Shown: piece by piece, positions 8,718 to 16,568 of the stretch
How the letters are laid out: each line of letters begins with the position of its first letter
Position numbering within the stretch: the first letter of the stretch is position 1
NCBI GenBank assembly: GCA_046758705.1
Contig: JBHIAT010000028.1
Coordinates: forward strand, 1 to 27,999
Length of the DNA: 27,999 nt
Source: Candidatus Bipolaricaulia bacterium
GTDB taxonomy: Bacteria > Bipolaricaulota > Bipolaricaulia > JBHIAT01
Direction: 5' to 3'
Translations under genes and position numbers: made by a program
The notes under the pieces: model-generated
What the model was told of the DNA's origin: nothing
Databases searched by the model: none
The model's input: the letters and a program-made list of their open reading frames with translations, nothing else

Positions 8718-9539
8718 CTATGCTTTGTCACCTTTATCTTTTCTCTCCTTCTTAGACTCCGACAATCTTTCCAGATACTCCCTGAGTAACGTTTTTCTCT
8801 CACCCGCGGAAGACGGCCCTTCTTCCACCTTAATAAAATCTCTGGTAATGGGATCAAACAACCACCTTTTACCAGAAGGCGAAAACGCTACGACCTGCCA
8901 AGGAGCTTCCTTCTCTTCGGCCTCCATATCTTCATGCTTTTCTCCTAATTTCCTTAAGAGCCGGGGCCTTCTCTGGCTCGATCGAGCCAGAACGCGAACT
9001 AAAACCAGTATCTCTTCGAGTATCTCTCTATCAGATCGTTCAGGTCTTGTCTTCTGGGAAGTGTCTGGTAGGTTTTCCAATTGGCTCTTCAATTTAGGCC
9101 ACCATATTCCGATCGCTTCATCTATTCGGGCTTTCGAAAGAGCATCCTCACCAAGGGCTTGATTGATGGTATGAACAAGCTTTCGCGTATCATCCTTGCT
9201 TGCTTTTGTCATCTGAAATTGTGCCAACGGGCCTTTAATATCCGCTGGTTCAAGTTCGAGAAGGTAAAGATAAACGAAAGCCCTCCTCAACGTTTGGGAT
9301 AATGCACCAGTCTCAAAGAGAATCTGAGGGGCCTCCAGATTTTCAGGGGTCAGACAGATTATGCCGACTTGGGTCCCCTCCAATTGAGGGCCGAGGTTTT
9401 CACCCCACCGAGCACCCTTTTCTATGTCAACATCTGACATCCAGGGTTCCACGAATTGGAGAACGTTTGGAATCCAATCACGCAAGGCTTCAGCCATCGC
9501 CCGGCTCCTTTGTCCAGACCAACAGATGAAGATTTTCAT
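8718..9539 (-). CDS. TIR-domain protein with an uncharacterised C-terminal region
   Basis: MKIFICWSG..LRDWIP..PWMSDVDIEKGARW..GIICLTPEN..ILFETGAL matches the bacterial TIR_2-type pattern, with the catalytic-position Glu retained. AAGGAGG ribosome-binding site. Confidence 0.88.
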   Translation of the reverse strand: MKIFICWSGQRSRAMAEALRDWIPNVLQFVEPWMSDVDIEKGARWGENLGPQLEGTQVGIICLTPENLEAPQILFETGALSQTLRRAFVYLYLLELEPADIKGPLAQFQMTKASKDDTRKLVHTINQALGEDALSKARIDEAIGIWWPKLKSQLENLPDTSQKTRPERSDREILEEILVLVRVLARSSQRRPRLLRKLGEKHEDMEAEEKEAPWQVVAFSPSGKRWLFDPITRDFIKVEEGPSSAGERKTLLREYLERLSESKKERKDKGDKA

Positions 9540-9760
9540 GCGTATCCTCCTTCCCGAAGCGGTGTTGCTCTAATGCTTTGAGGGGAAAAGACGGTCGCTC
9601 CCTATTCCAACTTTATCTCAACTTCCACCATTCAGGTCGTATGCTTGGACATCTTATTTTATCAACAAGATCAGAGCTTGCGTCAAGTGGCTCAAACTCT
9701 GTCGTCTTGGAATCACTCGCCAATCGACGGATATCCCGAGGAACTATGGCAACCGAGTAG

Positions 9761-9958
9761 TTAGCATGTGAACCCGATGGATATCTCGCGCCCCTGTTCT
9801 CGCGGGTCTCTCGCGACCTCGGGTCGCCAGGTTATGGTCCAGCCTGACACGGTGTAACTCCCCCCTTGAGCGTCGAAAGAATGGTAGAGCGTGGCCGCGT
9901 CTGCGTCGCTTATCTCACTTACCGGACCCGTAATTTGGGGTCTATCCTTGCGTGTCAC
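9761..9958 (-). CDS. Small hypothetical protein
   Basis: The GTG start overlaps the coaBC stop (GTGA coupling). No recognisable motif. Confidence 0.35.
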   Translation of the reverse strand: MTRKDRPQITGPVSEISDADAATLYHSFDAQGGSYTVSGWTITWRPEVARDPREQGREISIGFTC

Positions 9959-11175
9959 GATATAGTAGTATTGTCGAGTTCTGCAATCCGCCTCAGGATC
10001 TCTCGAGCGAGCTCGTATTTGCTCATCTTGGGGAGCGGCTCGCTGCGACCGTCTTTGTAGATGAGCGTGGCGATGTTCGTGTCACTTTCCGGACCGGCAT
10101 CGTCTCGCGTGATGTCATTGGCGATGACCAAGTCGAGCCCTTTCTCCTCAAGTTTCGCTCGAGCCTTCTCCACAAGATCCCCCGTCTCTCCGGCAAAGCC
10201 GACCAATAACGGCCGTTTCTTCCTCCGCTTCAGCTTCTCCCCCAACGTCTTCAAGATGTCTGGAGTCCTATCTAAGACGAGGGTCATCTCGTCTTGGGTG
10301 AGCTTGCTCGGCTTCTCTTTAGACGGGTTCTTGGGTTGCCAGTCTGCCACCGCCGCGGCCATAATCACGACATCGCATGCTTTCGCCTTCTCCAGAACGA
10401 CATCACGCATCTCCTCGGCGCTCTCGATCCGGATCTGTTCCACGCCCGCCGGGGGCGGAAGTTGTGTCGGCCCGCTGATGAGACAGACCGACGCGGCCCC
10501 CAGATCCCGGGCGGCTTCCGCCAAAGCATACCCCATCTTGCCTGAAGAGCGGTTGGTAACACAACGCATCGGATCGATCCGCTCACGCGTCGGCCCGGCC
10601 GTCACCACCACCTTCCACCTCTCAAGGAGCAAACGCTCCGTCAAGATCTCCTCAATCGATTGAATGATCTTCTTTTGAGCCGGAAACCGGCCTATGCCGC
10701 TCCGCCCACTGGCCAGATGTCCCACCTCCGGTTCCAAAAAATGATAACCAAACGCTTCAAGTCTGCGCTTGTTCTCTTGCAACAGAAGGTTTTCGTACAT
10801 CTGGGATTCCATTGCCGGCACGAACAGGACGGGTGCGCGCGTGGCAGCGATCGTGGTGGTGAGATGGTCATCCGCAATCCCGTAGGCCACCTTTCCAATG
10901 AGATTGTATGTGGCGGGCATGACCACCACCAAATCTGCCTGATGGGCCAGCTTCACGTGAGCCAACGGTTCATCGCGAAACAGATCGGTCGAGACACGGT
11001 GGCGTGACAAGGATTCAAATGTGAGGGGGGTGACGAACTCGCAAGCCGCACGCGTCATGATCACGCGCACCTCAGCTCCCGCTTGCTGAAGTTGGCTCAC
11101 CACACCGGCAGCTTTGTAAGCAGCGATCCCGCCACAGATCCCCGCGACGATCACCTTGCCAGACAGGACACTCAT
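9955..11175 (-). CDS. coaBC: Bifunctional phosphopantothenoylcysteine decarboxylase/synthetase
   Basis: GICGGIAAYKA, PAM..MY, VVTAGPTRE.IDP.R..TNRSSGKMG, AAAVADW, VGFAGET, ANDI. ATG 11175 lies behind AGGTGA. Confidence 0.97.
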   Translation of the reverse strand: MSVLSGKVIVAGICGGIAAYKAAGVVSQLQQAGAEVRVIMTRAACEFVTPLTFESLSRHRVSTDLFRDEPLAHVKLAHQADLVVVMPATYNLIGKVAYGIADDHLTTTIAATRAPVLFVPAMESQMYENLLLQENKRRLEAFGYHFLEPEVGHLASGRSGIGRFPAQKKIIQSIEEILTERLLLERWKVVVTAGPTRERIDPMRCVTNRSSGKMGYALAEAARDLGAASVCLISGPTQLPPPAGVEQIRIESAEEMRDVVLEKAKACDVVIMAAAVADWQPKNPSKEKPSKLTQDEMTLVLDRTPDILKTLGEKLKRRKKRPLLVGFAGETGDLVEKARAKLEEKGLDLVIANDITRDDAGPESDTNIATLIYKDGRSEPLPKMSKYELAREILRRIAELDNTTIS

Positions 11176-11305
11176 ATCATATCTCACCTAATGAGAGGTT
11201 AGCGCTCCATGGAGGGAAAGTCCAACATGACAACTATTTTGCAGTCTCCACAAGAAAATTGATAAATTGGGCGGGAGGCTGGTGCTGATCGAAAGGAGGA
11301 CGGTC

Positions 11306-12205
11306 ATGCAACGCGCAACCAAAGAGGTCCTATACTTCGAGACCGGCCCCGATAATTCGCCCACCCTGTGGGTCAAGCCCGGGGAGGAGTTCGAGGTCGA
11401 GACGCAGATGAACCGCGGCCCGTGGCTGGACGGCCATCCAAACGAGAAGGAGTTGAGAGAAAAACTTCGCGGCGGCAACCCCTCCAGCGGCTGCATTTAC
11501 ATCGAAGATGCCCAGCCGGGGCAGGTACTCATCGTTCACATCGGTGAGATAGACGTTGACCCGGTCGGCTTCACCCAATTCGCGGGCAGTACGGCGGCCA
11601 TGCCGGCCTGGCTTGGAGGAAGTGGAATCGGTGCCCATCACAGGGTCGTCGAGATACGGAACAACCTGATCCACTGGAGCGACCAGGTCCGACTTCCCGT
11701 AGAGCCCATGCTGGGCTTCGTGGGGGTGGCGCCGGAGCGCACGCGCTGGCACAACGGTTGGGCCGGCGATTGGGGCGGGAACTTCGACATCCAGGAGATC
11801 ACGACCGGTGCCTCGGTCCATCTGAAAGTCAATGTTCCTGGGGCGCTGCTTCACATCGGCGATATGCATACCAGGCAGGGAGACGGTGAAATCTGCGGCG
11901 CAGGAGGTATCGAGACCGGGGGCCGGGTAAGAGTACGCTGCGGACTGGCAGAACGGCCGACCTCGATGATCACGCCGCGTATCGAAACCGAAACGCATAT
12001 CATGACGGTGGGCATGACTCGCCCGGCAGAGGACGCCTTCCGCATCGCCCTGGAAGCGATGATCCTCTGGCTGGAGGAGGAGTACGGCTTTGCCCGAGGC
12101 GAGGCCTACTTGTACCTGGGGCAGGTCTTGGAGGCCCGTTGCACTCAATTCGTGAACCCACACTTTACCTACGTGGCCAAGGTCGCCAAGAAGTACCTAC
12201 CGTGA
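11306..12205 (+). CDS. Acetamidase/formamidase-family protein
   Basis: NPSSGCIYIEDAQPG, PMLGFVGVAP, GGNFD, GDMH..QGDGEICG..GIE. AAAGGAGG ribosome-binding site. Confidence 0.92.
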   Translation: MQRATKEVLYFETGPDNSPTLWVKPGEEFEVETQMNRGPWLDGHPNEKELREKLRGGNPSSGCIYIEDAQPGQVLIVHIGEIDVDPVGFTQFAGSTAAMPAWLGGSGIGAHHRVVEIRNNLIHWSDQVRLPVEPMLGFVGVAPERTRWHNGWAGDWGGNFDIQEITTGASVHLKVNVPGALLHIGDMHTRQGDGEICGAGGIETGGRVRVRCGLAERPTSMITPRIETETHIMTVGMTRPAEDAFRIALEAMILWLEEEYGFARGEAYLYLGQVLEARCTQFVNPHFTYVAKVAKKYLP

Positions 12206-12477
12206 ACCACTCTCAAGGATTTCGAAAGTTTGCTTTTGCTAAAACGATCTTCCATGGGCTGAACGAGATAGGTGAAATCGCAGGTATCTCAGCATCAATG
12301 ACTTGTACGGATACACCGACATGATTTGATCTGCACATCATGGAGAATTTATCCTGAACTTACTGCATTTGGTTATTTACATGGTCATTTCGGTTATATT
12401 ATAAACGAGTTAGCCGGGCCCATGTGCTGGAATGCCCAGTTTGATTTGATTATAAGCTGTGAAAGAGGTTTCGATTT

Positions 12478-13350
12478 ATGCAGATAGATTATAAGGACCT
12501 ATTTGAAAGAATCGCGAAGCGATATGGGGGCATTGATCCTCAAGCTCTTGGAAGAGTACTTTGCCCTATTTTAATCCCTATACATAACCTTGATAAAAAC
12601 ATCATCAAACTCCCAGGACAGAGCCATTACAGAGCCTCCTTCTCGATTCTGATACGCGAGAGTTGGCAGGAGCTTATGCAGCGTGGTCGAACAGGCAAGT
12701 TTGTACCGAAGCAGTACGTTAATGGCGGGGCGTGGAAGGAAATTGCCAAGGGCCGGATCATAGATGTTGACCATGAGAAGGGCATCGCAAGTGGTGAAGT
12801 ATACACTGGCGGAACTAAGACAAACCTTGAGGAGGCATTAGCTGAACTCTCAAATGAGGATTACCTTGAAATAGACCAATATGGCGCAGCAGCAAAGGTG
12901 TTGAGTGGCTTTGTTGAGTACTCTCTCTCCAGAATAGTCTCTGAAAAAGGCTATGAGGTTAGACGCATGCCCGAGGATGTTGCACGACACTTGGGTACTT
13001 ATTATCACTACGACTTTGAGTTTGAGCGAGGTGGTGTAATCAAAAGGGTGGAAGTCAAATCCCTTTGGGGTACAAATACGAAGTACGCGCGACTCATACA
13101 CAGCAAGACAAAAGGATACCCGACAAGCAGTTGCAAGTTTGACACGCAAGACATCTTCGCCGTTAGCCTTTTCTTGCGCACAGGTAACATTCGGGATTTT
13201 GCATTTGCAAGGTCAGTACCAAAGGATGTCAAACCTTATGGTCTTCCCCGAGCTTCAAAATACCCTGACCATGTACATCAGAATCCCCTTTGTGAGATCG
13301 GCGATGGAACTTGGTTTGACTCGATCGATGAGGTTTGGGATCTGGACTAG
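12478..13350 (+). CDS. Putative PD-(D/E)XK restriction endonuclease
   Basis: Pattern G..E..helix, then YDFEF..RVEVKS (D...EVK). It lies convergent to a DNA methyltransferase in an AT-richer segment. Confidence 0.6.
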   Translation: MQIDYKDLFERIAKRYGGIDPQALGRVLCPILIPIHNLDKNIIKLPGQSHYRASFSILIRESWQELMQRGRTGKFVPKQYVNGGAWKEIAKGRIIDVDHEKGIASGEVYTGGTKTNLEEALAELSNEDYLEIDQYGAAAKVLSGFVEYSLSRIVSEKGYEVRRMPEDVARHLGTYYHYDFEFERGGVIKRVEVKSLWGTNTKYARLIHSKTKGYPTSSCKFDTQDIFAVSLFLRTGNIRDFAFARSVPKDVKPYGLPRASKYPDHVHQNPLCEIGDGTWFDSIDEVWDLD

Positions 13351-15598
13351 GGTTTTGCTCTATCCAATTATGAATTACTTTCCTAATCTCTTTCGAGAAA
13401 TCTTCCCGCATAGCTTGTAATTTTTTTTCTAAAGTCAAGATAGCTTCGGCATGTGTTTTCATTAAAGCCAAATCCTGCCGTCGGATGGGTAGAAGAATGT
13501 CAAGCAAACATGATTCATCTATAGCAGGATATGCAATACCTACATTGTTGCGGAGAACTTGCGCTACAACGAAATCTGTTTTCAGCAGGTACGCTAGAGT
13601 GAGTGAATCAATCTCTCGTGGTCGAAGGACGGCTAAGCCAGTCGTACATACCGAATGATCTTCTTGGACTACACCAACCGTTCGTCTCTCGGGTCGCACA
13701 GTCGAAAACAGCACATCGCCTGCTCGCACAAGTTTTCGGGCCCGACTCGGTGCTTCGGAACATTTGATAGTCTTCGTCCTCACCATGCATGTCTGAGGAT
13801 CGATGTCCGAGATTTCGATGTATTGAAAAGTCCCCGTTCCCCATCTTCTTGGATCCGTTCTATCTGTCGATAGTTCGGCAACATCCGATATGAAGATATC
13901 CAAAGCGGAAGGATTACTGAGTCTTTGCTCGACTTCTAGTGGAAGTGATGCATGGTAGTTAGCATCCCATCGCCCTGATTCCTCAACATAGGTTGCCTGA
14001 CGCCCATAGGTCAAGCTGGGGTTGGGATCTAGGAATTCCTCAAGTATTTTGGGCAAATCACCTTCACCACTAGTAATTTTAGTCCTATGTGCCTCCTTCG
14101 TAGTAATATTGTATCCAATGTCGTGACAAATTGCGAAGAACGTCGAAGTTTTTTTTGAATTTTCAGATTTCCTTTTACGAACATGAAGCACTGATGTTTT
14201 GGTGTTTGTCCCAGCAGCACCGAACGTTACGGTAGGAAGGGAGATAACACTACGGATCTCAACCTTGTCAGCAAGATTCCTTCTCAGATCCTCGTAGAGC
14301 CCTTTGTTAGTCAGGATACTATCCGGTACAATCGCGAGAAATTGCCCACCTGGGAGTAGCCAGTCCAAATATCTCTCCACGAATAATAATTCAGAGTCTA
14401 CCTTTGCGGGTGGCCGGTGTGACCAAGTAGTTGCAATCTTGTATTTCGAGAGATCCTTGCCTTTAAACTCTGCACCAAATGGCGGATTGGTCAGTATCAA
14501 TCTCACTTTTCCTTTAAATGATGCGGTTAAGTTCGAATCAGGTCCGAAGCGAGCCAGGGAATTGGCGAGATGGAGATTTGTGGCAGGTAGGCCAAACATT
14601 GCCATGCTAGTTAATGCAAGCCTGATCATTCTGTCACTCTTATCAATCCCAACAATAACATTCGTGACCATGTTCTCCATCCATCTGTGAGCACTATCCG
14701 CACTGTATTTCTTTACAACTTCACCATGAAGAGTTTTTAGCATTTCGGTGAAGAAGGAACCCACCCCGCAGGAAGGATCTAGGATTAACCCGAACTTAGA
14801 ACATTCATCAGGATCACACAATGTAGCTAATTCAGATTCTGACATATCCTGAATCGCAAGTCGCACCATAAATCTTACAACTTCTGTAGGAGTTAAGTAT
14901 TGTCCCAGTTGCTTTTCGTCGATGAAAGAATCTGCTAAGAATTTCCCGAAAACATCATTGAGTATATCAACACCCCCAATGCCGCCAATATCCTTGACTT
15001 TCTTAGCGGTAAGTTGCTCGAAGCACTTGATTATCTCGATGGCTAGAGAGTTCTCCCGAGGGTTGATCCTAAGTTCGAAGTCAGTTAGTTCCATTTCGTG
15101 AGGAAGAGAGGAGGGCAGGTACCTAGCGTAAACAGCACTCACAAATTTTTTCAAAGCCGAAGCAGCTTCCAAAGCTTTTTTGCGCTTACCAAGGACATCT
15201 CCTCTAGATATGCCTTTATTAACATCCAAAATAGACATAACATGCGCGAAAAGAAGCTTGCATAGCTCGTCGAGTGCTTCATTTCTTGATGATAAGCGCC
15301 CTCTTCGATGCAAGATCTCACGAAGCTCCCGGAGGATTGCATCAATAGCTTCCCGAATATCCGACTCGTTCACTATCAGTGGCCAATCCAAAGCAGGTTC
15401 CTTTACGAACTGAGGATCATACTGAAGGCCTTTGTAGATCTCTCTGAGCCTTCCCTCAATCATGGGCCTAGGTTTGCTGTTTCCTTTAATCCAACGACTC
15501 ACGGTAGAGGAAGATACCCCCAGCTCTTTTGCTAACGATTTCCGATTGTACTTGTAGCTTTCGATAATCTCTTTTACAATCAAGTTGATCGATTCCAT
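13229..15598 (-). CDS. XRE-HTH / N6-adenine DNA methyltransferase / HsdS-like TRD fusion
   Basis: N-terminal LAKELGVSSSTVSRWIKG..KP (HTH). GQYLTP, LDPSCGVGSF (motif I) and TNPPFG (motif IV) in gamma/HsdM order. C-terminal PSRARKLVRAGDVLFSTVRP..YPAI..LPI plus a coiled coil. AAAGGAG ribosome-binding site before ATG 15598. Confidence 0.92.
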   Translation of the reverse strand: MESINLIVKEIIESYKYNRKSLAKELGVSSSTVSRWIKGNSKPRPMIEGRLREIYKGLQYDPQFVKEPALDWPLIVNESDIREAIDAILRELREILHRRGRLSSRNEALDELCKLLFAHVMSILDVNKGISRGDVLGKRKKALEAASALKKFVSAVYARYLPSSLPHEMELTDFELRINPRENSLAIEIIKCFEQLTAKKVKDIGGIGGVDILNDVFGKFLADSFIDEKQLGQYLTPTEVVRFMVRLAIQDMSESELATLCDPDECSKFGLILDPSCGVGSFFTEMLKTLHGEVVKKYSADSAHRWMENMVTNVIVGIDKSDRMIRLALTSMAMFGLPATNLHLANSLARFGPDSNLTASFKGKVRLILTNPPFGAEFKGKDLSKYKIATTWSHRPPAKVDSELLFVERYLDWLLPGGQFLAIVPDSILTNKGLYEDLRRNLADKVEIRSVISLPTVTFGAAGTNTKTSVLHVRKRKSENSKKTSTFFAICHDIGYNITTKEAHRTKITSGEGDLPKILEEFLDPNPSLTYGRQATYVEESGRWDANYHASLPLEVEQRLSNPSALDIFISDVAELSTDRTDPRRWGTGTFQYIEISDIDPQTCMVRTKTIKCSEAPSRARKLVRAGDVLFSTVRPERRTVGVVQEDHSVCTTGLAVLRPREIDSLTLAYLLKTDFVVAQVLRNNVGIAYPAIDESCLLDILLPIRRQDLALMKTHAEAILTLEKKLQAMREDFSKEIRKVIHNWIEQNPSPDPKPHRSSQTKFHRRSHKGDSDVHGQGILKLGEDHKV

Positions 15599-15643
15599 GG
15601 CTTTTGCTCCTTTCAAGAGCGACTTCCACTTGCTTATGGAATG

Positions 15644-15672
15644 ATTATACACGCTGTGTATATATTATGCAA
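15644..15672 (-). promoter_or_regulatory. Sigma-70 promoter of the methyltransferase with an embedded palindrome
   Basis: Minus strand TTGCAT-N17-TATAAT. The perfect inverted repeat TATACAC-GCT-GTGTATA (15646-15662) overlaps the -10 box and spacer. Confidence 0.72.
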
Positions 15673-15810
15673 CCACAAAATCTATCACAGTGTGTTTAAA
15701 TCACGACTTGAGACCTTATGGTATTATCAGCTGTGGCCTTATGATATAAATGAATTGCGATGTACACTGCCTAATAGCGTGCTAAAGCAAGGCTTAACAT
15801 GGAGTAGAGT

Positions 15811-16422
15811 ATGGCTGCCCAAATTATTGAGCTGCGCCTGAATGGTGCATCGTTGGACCAGATCGCTCGGTTACTCAGAGATGGCGGTGTAGCGATCTTC
15901 CCCACCGACACCATCTACGGGATCGGCGGGAATGCCCTGAACCCAGAGATCGTCGCCCGGGTGCATCGCATCAAGGGCCGCCCGTCCGGGAAACCGTTCT
16001 CGCTCCATCTCGCCGATGTGGAAGACGTTCATCGCTACTGTCAGGGGCTGACCTCCAGGCAAACAGGGTATCTCAACAAGCTGCTTCCCGGCCGTTACAC
16101 GGTGGTGTTGTCTGCGTCAGATGCGGTCCCCGATGCGTTCGTGAGCGACGGGAAGGTGGGGATCCGGGTGCCGGACAGCGCCGGTTTCAGAGCGATCGCC
16201 GAGAGGTTGGAATTTCCGCTGTTTGGGACGAGCGTCAACCGCTCCGGGGAGCCACCGCTCACTGAGATCGACGAGATCGCCGCTCGGTTCTCGGATGAGG
16301 TCGACATGATTGTGGTGACCGACGAGCCGATGACGAACGAGAGCTCGGTGGTCATCGATCTCACTCGGGATCCACCCGTCGCCCTGCGGGGCGATCTGCC
16401 CCAGGAACTGTTGGGACCTTGA
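15811..16422 (+). CDS. tsaC: L-threonylcarbamoyladenylate synthase (Sua5/YrdC family)
   Basis: FPTDTIYGIG, IKGRPSGKP, LPGRYT, VGIRVPD, TSVNRSG. Confidence 0.92.
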   Translation: MAAQIIELRLNGASLDQIARLLRDGGVAIFPTDTIYGIGGNALNPEIVARVHRIKGRPSGKPFSLHLADVEDVHRYCQGLTSRQTGYLNKLLPGRYTVVLSASDAVPDAFVSDGKVGIRVPDSAGFRAIAERLEFPLFGTSVNRSGEPPLTEIDEIAARFSDEVDMIVVTDEPMTNESSVVIDLTRDPPVALRGDLPQELLGP

Positions 16423-16568
16423 GCCCCTTCCCATTTCCAGTCTTATCCAAGCCACAAATTCTAGAGCACCACAATACAGGTATAATTATAGATAGAGCGT
16501 GGATAATGAATAAGCTTCTGTCCCACGCTTAAGCTTAACCCTGACGGGGAGGAGAGGGAGAGACTAAG

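Noticed and set aside
13229-15598. Methyltransferase as a type IIG enzyme or part of a complete type I system
   Set aside because: The N-terminus is an HTH rather than a recognisable nuclease domain, and no HsdR helicase gene is present in the window.
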